Shown piece after piece: positions 18,559 through 28,180 of a stretch of 64,000 nt of DNA (the first letter of the stretch is position 1; each line of letters opens with the position of its first letter). The position numbers and the translations under genes were made by a program. The stretch comes from an uncultured Gemmatimonadales bacterium. Its GTDB lineage: Bacteria; Gemmatimonadota; Gemmatimonadetes; Gemmatimonadales; GWC2-71-9. The DNA lies in assembly GCA_963821525.1 (NCBI GenBank), contig CAWGED010000010.1:32001-96000 (forward strand), in the 5' to 3' direction. Below the pieces are notes generated by a model. The model was not told where the DNA came from. It did no database searches and saw only the letters and a program-made list of their open reading frames with translations.

Positions 18559-18840
18559 AAAAGCTTACCACGGAAGACGCGGATAACGCGGAAGCACGCG
18601 GAATTGGGCTGGTTCAATTCAAACACGAAGACACGAAGGGCACAGAGGGGTCGCCGCTGCCGTAGGATCCCGCTCAACTTGGCAAGATCACCTCGCCAAT
18701 CTGTGAATCAACAACAGAGACTCGTGATCCTACCCAAATGATTCGGAGGCCAGATTGTCAACGGAGCCCTCTGTGCCCTTCGTGTCTTCGTGTTTTGCGT
18801 GATTATCCGTGTGCTTCCGCGCGTTCCGCTGTAAGCTTTT
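18559..18840. repeat. Inverted-tandem-repeat element, CGCGGAA type, enclosing copy B
   Basis: AAAAGCTTACCACGGAAGACGCGGATAACGCGGAAGCACGCGGA ... TCCGTGTGCTTCCGCGCGTTCCGCTGTAAGCTTTT. Confidence 0.75.
18621..18795. repeat. Inverted-tandem-repeat element, CACGAAG type, copy B
   Basis: AAACACGAAGACACGAAGGGCACAGAGGG ... CCCTCTGTGCCCTTCGTGTCTTCGTGTTT: perfect terminal inverted repeats. Confidence 0.9.
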
Positions 18841-18932
18841 GGTGGCGATCACGGATCATCCCGCTGGCGCAAAGGTCGCCTCGTGACCAGTTTGAGCCCG
18901 TGGACGACCCCTGACTTGGGCAGGAGGCTATC

Positions 18933-19319
18933 ATGAAACGAGAACAAGCCCTAAGAGTCGTGTTGGTGTTGGTGGGATTGTTGTTTACGGCCGGCCTTTA
19001 CCCTCTCGCGATCGGGGTCAGGAGCGAACTGGATCCCAACATCGACAACGGCGTGCCAATGATGCTTAGCCTCTACGTCACGCTGGGAGTCTTCTTGCTG
19101 TTGGCGGCACGCAATCCATCCGCCTATCGCAGCGTGATCGCTTTCGCTGCGTGGTCGAGTTTCGCTCATGCCGCCGTCATGGCAGTCATGTCCATCCAGC
19201 TTCCAACCCAACGAACCGAGCTCTTGATCGCGTCGGCTGCATTCGGCTTGATCGGTGCGCTCCTGATCGCATTCTCACCGGGAAGGCAGCCCGCATCAGC
19301 CGAACGCGCCGCAGCATGA
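18933..19319 (+). CDS. Four-TM membrane protein (DUF6632-like)
   Basis: MMLSLYVTLGVFLLLAARNP, WSSFAHAAVM; AGGAGG RBS. Confidence 0.8.
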   Translation: MKREQALRVVLVLVGLLFTAGLYPLAIGVRSELDPNIDNGVPMMLSLYVTLGVFLLLAARNPSAYRSVIAFAAWSSFAHAAVMAVMSIQLPTQRTELLIASAAFGLIGALLIAFSPGRQPASAERAAA

Positions 19320-19726
19320 CACCTTCAATACCCTCCGCTCAAGACTATGCCAGCGAGCCGGTGCGCTACCCCCCGCTCGTCGTGGTGGATATCGCCGCAG
19401 AAGCGGCTGCGGTCACCGAACAGTACCGGAACCAGGTCCTCAGCCAGGTGAACACCAGTTGTCTGCGCCTGGGGGTGCTCGCCGGGGAGTATCCCTGGCA
19501 CCAGCATCCTCACTCCGATGAGCTGTTTCTCGTGGTGGAGGGCCGGCTGGAGATCGAGCTGGCCGATGGGCGCACGATGAGCCTTGGACCCTGGCAGAGT
19601 GTGGTGGTGCCGGCGGGAACGGTGCATCGCACGCGAGGAGCCGGACGCACCGTAAACCTGTGCTTCGAGGCGTTGTCAGCGACGACCGTGTTCGTTGACC
19701 CTATTCAGCGCTCAGCGCCTGGATAG
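19316..19726 (+). CDS. Cupin domain protein
   Basis: WHQHPHSDELF, VPAGTVHRT. Confidence 0.9.
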   Translation: MTPSIPSAQDYASEPVRYPPLVVVDIAAEAAAVTEQYRNQVLSQVNTSCLRLGVLAGEYPWHQHPHSDELFLVVEGRLEIELADGRTMSLGPWQSVVVPAGTVHRTRGAGRTVNLCFEALSATTVFVDPIQRSAPG

Positions 19727-22181
19727 GGTCGGCCCGCGTCGCCCTCCAGCCGGGAATCAGGCAGGCGGCTACCGACACGACGACGAGGAGCACTGCGGTG
19801 CCGACGACTACGCGCGGCTCCTGCGGTGAGATTTCGTACAACGACGATCGCAGCAGTCGCGTGACGACCAGGGACAGCCCTACTCCTATCACCAGCCCGA
19901 CCAGCGGAAACGACATGCCCTCGCGCAGCACCTGCCACAGCACGTGACGCGGGGTGGCGCCGAGCGCAATGCGGATTCCGAACTCGCGCGTGCGGTCGGC
20001 GACCAGGTATGCGAGCACCGCGAAAATGCCGCTGGCCGCCAGGAACAGCGCCGCGACCCCGCAGCCGCCGAACAAGATCGCCTCGAAGCGGTTCCGCGCC
20101 CACGAATCGTTAACGATGTCGGTGAGCGGTTGCACATCCTGCAGTGCCAGATCGGGATCCACGGTAGCGACAGCTTTCCGCACGCTCGAAACCACGGACT
20201 GTGGATCCCCGGCGGTCCGCAGGAACACCATGCGCGCGGCATAGGTGAACTGCGCATAAGGCGTGTAGAAGCTGGCGAAATTGGGGCGGAGGTCGAGGGG
20301 AGCGTACACCACGTCGCCGACGATACCGACGATCTCGGCGCTGGAGTCCGGGCTGCTGAAGCTGCTACCGCCACCAAACCACACCCGTTTGCCCAGCGGA
20401 TCCTCATCCGGCCAGAAACGGCGGGCGGCCGTCTCGCTGATCACCGCCACCCGCGGCGCCCCGGCGACATCAGCGGCGGTGAACACTCGGCCGCGCCGTA
20501 CCGGAATGCCGAGGGTGGCAAAGTGATCCGGGGCGATGTAATGGCGGAGGACGGGAGGTGCTTGCCCCGGGTCCGGCATCGCCCGGCCTTCTATATAAAG
20601 GACGCTGCTCGCGGTGCCCGCGAGAGGCGCTCCGCCGTCCACCGAGGCCGAGACTACCCCAGGCACCCTTGCCAACGCGTCGAGCAACCGTGAGATGAAC
20701 GCAGGCGCGGCGGCAGGGGGAACCCGGGCCTCGGAGGGGATCACCCAGAAGGTGAGTACGTGGTCAGGCTCGACGCCAATCGGGGCCTGGCGCATCCGTT
20801 GAAAGCTGTCGATGAGCAACGCCGCCGAGACCACCAGCAACATCGCGAACGCCGCCTCGATGCCGACGATGATGCCCCGCAGCGACGGCCGGCGCAGCCT
20901 CATCGCGCCGTCCGCAATGCCACGCGATCCGGCCCTGATCCCGGACGATACGTCGAGGTGAAACGCGCTCATCGCGGCCGGAACTGCAACCAGGAGCGTC
21001 GTCGCGAGGGTCAGGCCGACACCGAACAAGAGCTCAGCGAGGCCGAACTTGGGTGAGTCGAAAGGCGCCAGGCTGCCGTAAAAGTTGCGTGGCGCCCAGA
21101 TGTTGGCTGGCGGGACGATGAGGGCGCTTCCCACCGCTGCGAGCGCGATGCCTATGCCGCCGCCCAGCAGGGCAAGCAGCGACCCCTCGCCGAGGATATG
21201 GCCAAAGAGCCGGTTGCTGCTGCTCCCCAGCGCCAGCCGCACCGCCGACTCTCGTCGTCGGGCCAGCGCACGACCGAGCAACAGGTTCGCCACATTGGCG
21301 CACGCCAGCAGGTGCAGCGCCGCGACACCGCCGAGGAGGACAAAAAGCGAACGTCGTACGTTTCGGTCCGCGCGGCCCTCGTTGAGGGTCGCAGCGGTCG
21401 CGCTCACCCGCTCCTCCGGGAAATCTGGATCGCTGGGCAACGCACGATTGATGCTGGCCCCGAGGACGGCGAGCTCGCTCCGCGCGGCAGTAAGGTTAGT
21501 CCCCGGCCGCAATCGACCGACGGCGCTGATGAAGTTCTGGTTCGTGGTGAGGTAGTCGGGGTAGGTGACCTGAGGTGACATGGTCCGCGGAATCCAAAGC
21601 TCGGCGCGGCCCGAGAGGCCGGTGAACTCTGGTGGGAGTATGCCGATAACAGTCAGCGGAACCCCGTTGAGGCGAATCGTTCGTCCGATGAGGGACAGGT
21701 CGGCGGCCCAACGCCGGGTCCACAGTCCGTGGCCGAGCACGACCACCGGTGTCGGGTCCGCAGGATCGTCCTCCGCATCGGTGAACAGGCGTCCGCGAGC
21801 CGCGCCGATGCGCAACAGTTGAAAGTACGATGGTGAGACTCTCTCCCCTTGCACCAACTCCGCATCCCCGTCTCCCGAGAGCGTAAGACTTGCGGGCGAG
21901 TAGCTGGCCACGATCTCGAAGCTGCGCTGCGATTTTCGCAGGAGCTCGAATCGGCCGAACGACCAGCGCTCCTGCTGCCGCGGTTCACCCGCGGGGTTGC
22001 GGCGGAGGTAGAGCATCGCAATGCGGCCGGCGTCGGGGAACGGCGGCTGGCGCCAGAGCCCTGCATTGACCACACCGAAGGCGGTGGTAAGCGCCGCAAC
22101 CCCAAGCGCGAGGGTAACGACCACACCAATCGCGAGCGCGGGAGCACGGGCGAGTGAGCGGAAGGTGGCAGTGAGTGGCAT
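19701..22181 (-). CDS. ADOP-type duplicated ABC permease (MacB/FtsX domains)
   Basis: LLACANVANLL, RLALG, REFGIRIALGA, RATRADP; no ATPase gene adjacent. Confidence 0.92.
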   Translation of the reverse strand: MPLTATFRSLARAPALAIGVVVTLALGVAALTTAFGVVNAGLWRQPPFPDAGRIAMLYLRRNPAGEPRQQERWSFGRFELLRKSQRSFEIVASYSPASLTLSGDGDAELVQGERVSPSYFQLLRIGAARGRLFTDAEDDPADPTPVVVLGHGLWTRRWAADLSLIGRTIRLNGVPLTVIGILPPEFTGLSGRAELWIPRTMSPQVTYPDYLTTNQNFISAVGRLRPGTNLTAARSELAVLGASINRALPSDPDFPEERVSATAATLNEGRADRNVRRSLFVLLGGVAALHLLACANVANLLLGRALARRRESAVRLALGSSSNRLFGHILGEGSLLALLGGGIGIALAAVGSALIVPPANIWAPRNFYGSLAPFDSPKFGLAELLFGVGLTLATTLLVAVPAAMSAFHLDVSSGIRAGSRGIADGAMRLRRPSLRGIIVGIEAAFAMLLVVSAALLIDSFQRMRQAPIGVEPDHVLTFWVIPSEARVPPAAAPAFISRLLDALARVPGVVSASVDGGAPLAGTASSVLYIEGRAMPDPGQAPPVLRHYIAPDHFATLGIPVRRGRVFTAADVAGAPRVAVISETAARRFWPDEDPLGKRVWFGGGSSFSSPDSSAEIVGIVGDVVYAPLDLRPNFASFYTPYAQFTYAARMVFLRTAGDPQSVVSSVRKAVATVDPDLALQDVQPLTDIVNDSWARNRFEAILFGGCGVAALFLAASGIFAVLAYLVADRTREFGIRIALGATPRHVLWQVLREGMSFPLVGLVIGVGLSLVVTRLLRSSLYEISPQEPRVVVGTAVLLVVVSVAACLIPGWRATRADPIQALSAE

Positions 22182-22237
22182 GAGCGGGCGTCTCGGGTTG
22201 CGAGCCTACTCTACGATGCCAGCCGGGCGGGAAGCGT

Positions 22238-23266
22238 TTAAGAGTTATTCATCGCGATATTTATTGGCTCCGCCTTCAAAGCATCCCTCGGCGATCCTCC
22301 CCATTCCCTGCCCCACGCTCTCCGCATCTGAAGCGCTGAACGGAACCCGGCAAACTCGGCGGCTCGCGTCACGCTGGCGCCATGCTCCAGCGCCTGCCTC
22401 GCCCGCTCCAGGCGGATCGCCTGGAGATACTGAAGCGGCGATACCCGCGCATACTCGAGGAAGAGCCGCAGCAGGTGTCGCTCCGTGGTGCACCCGGCCT
22501 CCGCCAGCGCCGCCATGTTCCAGTCCCGCTCCGGTTCATTGAGGATGGCGTTCTGAACCCGATGCACCGTCGTATGCAGATGGCCGCGATGGCGGCGAAA
22601 GGGTGACTCCTCCGGATCCCGTTCCGAGCGCCTGAGATACACCACCATGTCCTCGGCGACACTCGCCGCCAGGGCTTCCCCGCACTCTTCGGCAATGAGG
22701 TGCAGGGCGAGATCGATTCCCGCCGTGATGCCGGCACTCGAGGCCAGCGGGCCATCCACCACGAAGACTCGGTTGTCGAGGACCTTGGCCCGTGGCGCCA
22801 GCGCGCGCAGGGTGTGCAGCAGCTCGTGGTGCGTGGTGCAGCGCCGGTGGCCCAGCAGCCCGGCGCGCGCCGCGAGGAGAGTACCCGAGCAGATCGTCAC
22901 CAGACGATGTTCCCCGGTGCCCTCCAGCAGTGACTCGCCCAGGTGCCGATTGAGCCAGCGCGCAGTAGTCAGGACCGCTGGAGTGACAAGGCCCAGGTGC
23001 TCGCTCGGCTGACCCACCACCACGACCCATGTATTCGGGCCGAGCTCCTCCGGCAGCGGCTCCAGGCCGGCAATGGCGAGCCCCACCGACGTTTCCTGCA
23101 CCTGGTTCGGCGCGGCGAAGCGCAACCGGAAGCGCGGCGGGAGCCCACTCCTCCCGCGATGCTGGTTGGCCAGCCGGAAGGCCTCCGCCGCGCCGGCGAT
23201 GTCCAGCAGCAACGAATGCGGCAGGATCACGAACAGGACGTCAATCAGATGGGCGCGTGCGATCAT
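22238..23266 (-). CDS. GlxA-family regulator (DJ-1/PfpI plus AraC HTH)
   Basis: ICSGTLLAARAGLL, CTTHH, SAGITAGIDLAL, C-terminal AraC HTH. Confidence 0.92.
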   Translation of the reverse strand: MIARAHLIDVLFVILPHSLLLDIAGAAEAFRLANQHRGRSGLPPRFRLRFAAPNQVQETSVGLAIAGLEPLPEELGPNTWVVVVGQPSEHLGLVTPAVLTTARWLNRHLGESLLEGTGEHRLVTICSGTLLAARAGLLGHRRCTTHHELLHTLRALAPRAKVLDNRVFVVDGPLASSAGITAGIDLALHLIAEECGEALAASVAEDMVVYLRRSERDPEESPFRRHRGHLHTTVHRVQNAILNEPERDWNMAALAEAGCTTERHLLRLFLEYARVSPLQYLQAIRLERARQALEHGASVTRAAEFAGFRSALQMRRAWGREWGGSPRDALKAEPINIAMNNS

Positions 23267-23338
23267 TTGTCCGAAAGTGAGTGATAGTTGTCGGTCCTCG
23301 ATGCGACGAGGGACCACGTGTTCGGTAGCTTGGGGAAA

Positions 23339-23373
23339 CAATTGCAACTTTTCAATTGTCAATTTCCAATTGC
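23339..23373. repeat. AT-rich CAATT heptamer-like tandem repeat in a divergent intergenic region
   Basis: caattg caactttt caattgt caatttc caattgc. Confidence 0.6.
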
Positions 23374-23375
23374 TT

Positions 23376-25427
23376 ATGACTCCCCATATGCTATCGCCCG
23401 CCACCCTCAGCATGGCATTGCTGGCCCTGTCCTGCTCGCCGTTTTCGGCCATGGAACTTTGGGCCCAGGCGCCGCGGGACCACGTCGTCTCCCGGCTGGA
23501 AAGCACCGTCGATACGGGTATCAAGCCGGGGGACGACTTCTTTGGCTACGCCAACGGTGCCTGGCTCAAGGCGACCGTGCTCCCGGCCGGCAAGAACCGC
23601 TGGGCAGTCCGGGACGACATCAACGAACGGACTCGGCGGCAGCTCGAGGCGCTATTCGACGACGCACGCACGGCGCGGCCGGGCTCCCTCGCGCGCAAGG
23701 TGGCCGACTTCCGCTCGGCCTACCTGAACCAGTCGGCCATTGAAGGAAAGGGGGTTGCCCCGCTCAAACCCCTGCTCTCCCGGATCGACAGTGTCGGCGA
23801 CAAGCAGGCACTCACTCGCCTGATCGGCAGCACCATGCACGCCGACGTCGATCCACTCAACCTCGGCGTCTACACCTCGTCCTCGGTACTCGGACTTTCG
23901 GTGGAGCACAGCATTCACGGGGAGAAGACCTATGGCACCTTTCTGGTCCAGGGGGGGCTCGGCCTCGGCGACCGTGACCAGTACCTGAGCCAGGATTCCA
24001 GCGCCGTCACCCAGCGCGGTCGCTACCAGCAGTACATCGCCCGGATGCTGACGCTCGCTGGCTTCGACCACGCTGATCAGCGGGCCACCTCGGTGCTGGC
24101 ACTCGAAACGGCCATCGCCGAGACCCAGGCCTCGCTTAAGGCATCGGCCGTGGACCGTAACGCCGACAATCAATGGTCGCGGGCCGACTTTGCGCGCGAA
24201 GCACCGGGCATGGACTGGGGTGCCTTCTTCCAGGCGGCGGGCCTCGGCCAGCAGCAGGTAGTCGTCGCATGGCAGCCCACGGCCATGAAGGGGGTCGCGG
24301 CGCTGGTTGCCTCCCAACCGCTCGACTCTTGGAAGGACTATCTCCGCTTTCACCTGATCCACGACTACGCCGATGTGCTGCCGCGCGCCTTTGCCGAGGC
24401 GGCCGCTGGTATGCGCGGCGACCAGCGCCCACGCGATCAGTTGGCACTGGCGACCACCCAGTCGGCCATGGCCGATGCCATCGGACAGCTTTACGCCGCG
24501 CGTTACTTCTCGGCTGCGCAGAAGACGCGGGTCAACGGCATCATCAAGAACGTTGCTGCGGCGTTCCGCGAGCACGTAGCGGATGCGGCGTGGTTGTCGC
24601 CTACCAGCCGGTTGGTAGCACTGGCCAAGCTCGACCGGCTGTACGTGGGCATCGGATACCCGGATGCGTGGGAAGACTGGAGCGACCTTCGCATCGACTC
24701 CACCGACGCTTTTGGCAACGCGCAGCGCATCGCCGACCACCAGTACCATCATGCTCTGGCCCGACTCGACAAGCCGTACGACCCGCACGAGTGGGTGCTG
24801 CCACCGCAGACCGTGGGCGCCGTCCTGATCTTCCAGCAGAACGCCTACACCTTCGCGGCCGCGCTGCTCCAGCCCCCCAAGTACGACTCCACCGCGTCGG
24901 ATGCCGCGACCTATGGCGCGATCGGCGCCATCATCGGCCACGACATGAGTCACTTCGTGGATGTGCTCGGAGCCGACTATGAGCCCGATGGCCGGATGCG
25001 TCGTTGGTGGACGGCCGACGATTCGGCGCGATTCGAGTCAGCCGCCGAGCCGATCGTGCGACAGTTCTCCGCGTACCAGCCGCTCCCCGGGCTTAATGTT
25101 GACGGACGGCTCACGAGAACGGAGAATGTAGCAGACCTGGCCGGCCTTACCGCCGCCTTCGAGGCTTATCGCAAGTCACTCGGCGCCAAGGCCGCGGACC
25201 GGGATTACGTCCGGCGCTCGGATCGGGAATTCTTCATCGCCTTCGCGCAATCCTTCGGGGCGAAGGTGAATGAGACGGCCCTGCGTGCGCAGCTCTCGAG
25301 CGACCACGCGCCGGAGATGTACCGGATGGACGCAGTGCGGAACCTCGATGCGTGGTACCAGGCCTTCGACGTGGTCCCCGGACAGCGGCTGTACCTCGAG
25401 CCGGGGGCCCGGGTACGGATCTGGTAG
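23376..25427 (+). CDS. M13 (neprilysin/PepO) family metallopeptidase with variant active site
   Basis: PGDDFFGYANGAW, IGYPD, YGAIGAIIGHDMSH, ENVADLAG, RVRIW. Confidence 0.92.
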   Translation: MTPHMLSPATLSMALLALSCSPFSAMELWAQAPRDHVVSRLESTVDTGIKPGDDFFGYANGAWLKATVLPAGKNRWAVRDDINERTRRQLEALFDDARTARPGSLARKVADFRSAYLNQSAIEGKGVAPLKPLLSRIDSVGDKQALTRLIGSTMHADVDPLNLGVYTSSSVLGLSVEHSIHGEKTYGTFLVQGGLGLGDRDQYLSQDSSAVTQRGRYQQYIARMLTLAGFDHADQRATSVLALETAIAETQASLKASAVDRNADNQWSRADFAREAPGMDWGAFFQAAGLGQQQVVVAWQPTAMKGVAALVASQPLDSWKDYLRFHLIHDYADVLPRAFAEAAAGMRGDQRPRDQLALATTQSAMADAIGQLYAARYFSAAQKTRVNGIIKNVAAAFREHVADAAWLSPTSRLVALAKLDRLYVGIGYPDAWEDWSDLRIDSTDAFGNAQRIADHQYHHALARLDKPYDPHEWVLPPQTVGAVLIFQQNAYTFAAALLQPPKYDSTASDAATYGAIGAIIGHDMSHFVDVLGADYEPDGRMRRWWTADDSARFESAAEPIVRQFSAYQPLPGLNVDGRLTRTENVADLAGLTAAFEAYRKSLGAKAADRDYVRRSDREFFIAFAQSFGAKVNETALRAQLSSDHAPEMYRMDAVRNLDAWYQAFDVVPGQRLYLEPGARVRIW

Positions 25428-25444
25428 CGGCCAGGAGGGAGCCC

Positions 25445-26230
25445 ATGCGGGTCACAGTCTGCGAGCTGCCACATGAGCCCGCGGCGTTCGCCGCCGCGTG
25501 GGCCGGACTGTGCGACCATACCAGGGCGCACGCCTCGGCGCTGGTGCTGCTCCCGGAGTTCGCAATGCTGGAACCGGTCTGGGAGTCGGCGCACTTCGAC
25601 GCCGCTCGCTGGAATGCCAACGTGACCCTGAACGACATCCAGCTCGGTCGTCTCGCCGAGCTGGGCGTCGAACATGTGGTGGGCACCCGACCAGTGAGCA
25701 TGAATGGCCGCCGCTTGAATCAGGGATACCTCTGGTCTCGGGACGCTGGAGTGCAGCCGCTCCGGAGCAAGTACTTCCTGCCCGACGAGCCGGGAAACTG
25801 GGAGGCGACCTGGTTTCACCGGGGAGATCGGGAGTTTCCTCTGTTTCACGCCGGTCCGGTGTCGTTCGGCGTCAACATCTGTTCCGAGCTGTGGGCCCTC
25901 GAAACCTATGGGACCTACGCCGCGCTCGACGCCCAGCTGGTGTTAGCGCCGCGGGCGACGGAGTTGGCGACGACGATGAGGTGGCTGGCCGTGGGCGTGG
26001 TTTCGGCCATCCGCTCGGGGGCGTTCAGCCTCTCTTCCAATCGAGTCGACCCGACTGGCGCCTGCGGCGGTGGCGGATGGATCATCGATCCGGGCGGGGA
26101 GATCCTGGCCCTCACCTCATCCATCGAGCCTTTCGCGACGCGGGACATCGACCTGACGAAGGCGGCGAAGGCCAAGCAGAGCTACCCCCGCTACGTGTTT
26201 TCGGAATCGCGCAACGGCCCGCCGACCTGA
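25445..26230 (+). CDS. Carbon-nitrogen hydrolase (nitrilase superfamily)
   Basis: Triad contexts LLPE, SKYFLP, ICSELW. Confidence 0.88.
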   Translation: MRVTVCELPHEPAAFAAAWAGLCDHTRAHASALVLLPEFAMLEPVWESAHFDAARWNANVTLNDIQLGRLAELGVEHVVGTRPVSMNGRRLNQGYLWSRDAGVQPLRSKYFLPDEPGNWEATWFHRGDREFPLFHAGPVSFGVNICSELWALETYGTYAALDAQLVLAPRATELATTMRWLAVGVVSAIRSGAFSLSSNRVDPTGACGGGGWIIDPGGEILALTSSIEPFATRDIDLTKAAKAKQSYPRYVFSESRNGPPT

Positions 26231-26398
26231 GCTCACCCGCCTGACCAGCGCCTGCACCTGCCGGGCGCTACTTTTCACTTCCAGCCAGTCCATCGTTGCA
26301 GGATCTGCTGCGGCTGCCTGGTCGCGTATCTCAGACCCGACGCCCCGGGCCTGGCGACGGAGCCGTAATCAAGAAACCGATTCAGGAGGACCAAGACC

Positions 26399-26797
26399 AT
26401 GGAACTCGCGACCGCATCTGGCACGACGAACCTGACCGGCATATCGCCCCAATTCCTGGTGGACGACCTCGCTCGCTCCATCGAGTACTACGGTCGGTGC
26501 CTTGGCTTTGATCTGGACTTCCAGTACCAGGACTTCTACGCAAGCGTCAGCCGAGACGGCTGTGCGATTCATCTCAAGGCCGCGCCAAAGAATGAAGCCG
26601 ACCGGGCACATCGCCAGGAGCACGAGCATCTCGACGCCCACATCGCCGTCCGGAACGCCGCCGCCTTGTATGACGAACTGCACTCCCGCGGGGCGTTGAT
26701 CACGAGGGCGCTGGAGGACAGACCGTGGTCGTGCAGGGACTTCTACATCCAGGATCCCGACGGCTACATCCTCTGCTTCAGCGAGCTGACCGCCTAA
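26399..26797 (+). CDS. VOC/bleomycin-resistance family protein
   Basis: VDDLARSIEYY, EDRPW..RDFYIQDPDGY. Stop codon lies in GCCTAAC. Confidence 0.9.
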   Translation: MELATASGTTNLTGISPQFLVDDLARSIEYYGRCLGFDLDFQYQDFYASVSRDGCAIHLKAAPKNEADRAHRQEHEHLDAHIAVRNAAALYDELHSRGALITRALEDRPWSCRDFYIQDPDGYILCFSELTA

Positions 26798-26865
26798 CGC
26801 GTTACTCGGCCAGGCGATGACGCAGCGCCGAAGCGTCATCGTGCCCATCCGAGCCAGGGCCGACA

Positions 26866-27210
26866 ATGCCCCTTGCGCCGCCTTCGGCACTTCGTGCGAT
26901 CAAGCTCATCCATACGGTGGCATGGGTTTTCTTTGTGGCTGCCATACTCGCCATCCCGCTCGCGGCGTGGCATGAGAGGTTTGGCCTGGCGTTGGTCTGT
27001 GCGGTGATTGTCGCCGTCGAAGTCCTCGTCCTTGCCGTGAACGGCATGAAGTGCCCACTAACGCCTCTCGCTGCCCGCTACACCGATGACCGCCGCGACA
27101 ACTTTGACATCTACTTGCCATTGCTCATGGCCCGCTATAACAAGGAGATCTTCGGAACCTTGTACGTGGCAGGCCTGGTGTTCGGGCTTGCGCTCTGGCT
27201 GCTCTCATAG
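26866..27210 (+). CDS. Small membrane protein
   Basis: IKLIHTVAW, CPLTPLAARY, NFDIYLP. Confidence 0.8.
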   Translation: MPLAPPSALRAIKLIHTVAWVFFVAAILAIPLAAWHERFGLALVCAVIVAVEVLVLAVNGMKCPLTPLAARYTDDRRDNFDIYLPLLMARYNKEIFGTLYVAGLVFGLALWLLS

Positions 27211-27239
27211 CCCGGACTGGTCCGAAGGTCCCGGGCTAC
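27208..27239 (-). repeat. GTAG-type REP-like hairpin
   Basis: Minus strand GTAG-CCCGGGAC-CTTCGGACCA-GTCCGGGCTA; single copy in the window. Confidence 0.45.
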
Positions 27240-27261
27240 ACTAACCTGGTTAGGCCGCTAA

Positions 27262-27678
27262 ATGGCTACGATCACGGTCCGCACCGGCGATGCTCCCGAC
27301 CTCGAGTCATTCCTGGCCCAGCGCATTTACGAGTACAACGCGGCTGCTACCGGGTACCATGACGGGGAGGCGTTCTCCGCCGTCCACCAGAATGAGTCCG
27401 GCAGCATCGAAGCCGGTATCTACGGCTTCACGTGGGGAGGGTGCTGCTTCGTCTCGTACTTGTGGGTCGCCGAGGCTTTGCGCCGCCGGGGGATGGGGAG
27501 TGAGCTACTCAGAGCGGCCGAGCGTCATGCGCAGGAGAGGCGCTGTCGCCTGGTCCTCTTGTCGTCTCACAGCTTCCAGGCGCCCGTGTTTTACGCTCGC
27601 ATGGGATACGAGCAGATAGCACGGATCGACGATTATCCCGTCGGCCACGCAGACATCTTCTACGCCAAACGACTCTAG
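27262..27678 (+). CDS. GNAT family acetyltransferase
   Basis: LWV..RRRGMGSELL, SFQAPVFY. Confidence 0.92.
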   Translation: MATITVRTGDAPDLESFLAQRIYEYNAAATGYHDGEAFSAVHQNESGSIEAGIYGFTWGGCCFVSYLWVAEALRRRGMGSELLRAAERHAQERRCRLVLLSSHSFQAPVFYARMGYEQIARIDDYPVGHADIFYAKRL

Positions 27679-27711
27679 CAGGCTCGAAATCGAGCCCCGC
27701 AGCTAGTTCGG

Positions 27712-27738
27712 AGTCGATTGGGTGGCCCCTCTTCCGTC
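27712..27738 (+). promoter_or_regulatory. ECF42-type promoter candidate
   Basis: AGTCGA-N17-CGTC upstream of the YciI-ECF operon; same layout as 38212-38238. Confidence 0.55.
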
Positions 27739-27787
27739 ATTCGGATGTCCAGTGTCATCATCCACCACAGACTTGGAGATCCGACCC

Positions 27788-28180
27788 ATGCGCTACGCCC
27801 TTCTGATCCACTACCCGCAGCCTGCCGTCTCCACCCTCAGCGAGGACGAGATCAAGGCTGGCATGGCTGCTTTCCACGCCTACGCCAAGGCGCTCGAGGA
27901 GGCCGGCGTCCTCCGCTCGGCCGAAGTCCTTCAGACAATTGCCAAGGCGACCAGCGTGTCAATGAAGCAGGGCAAGCTGCAGGTGCAGGACGGGCCATTC
28001 GCCGACACCAAGGAGGCGTTCGCGGGCATCTTCATGCTCGATGTGCCGGACTTGGACGCCGCGCTCGCCTGGGCCGAGAAGTGCCCGGCGGCTCACTGGG
28101 GCACCGTAGAGATCCGTCCTTCGGCGGTGCGGTTCGCCGATGGCGGGTGGACCAGCGCGTCGGAACCGGTCCGCGCGTGA
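27788..28180 (+). CDS. YciI/DGPF family protein
   Basis: DGPFADTKE, VEIRP. Confidence 0.92.
   Translation: MRYALLIHYPQPAVSTLSEDEIKAGMAAFHAYAKALEEAGVLRSAEVLQTIAKATSVSMKQGKLQVQDGPFADTKEAFAGIFMLDVPDLDAALAWAEKCPAAHWGTVEIRPSAVRFADGGWTSASEPVRA

Noticed and set aside
27706..27726. Degenerate attC R' (GATTGGGTGGC)
   Set aside because: Better explained as the -35 region of an ECF42-type promoter.
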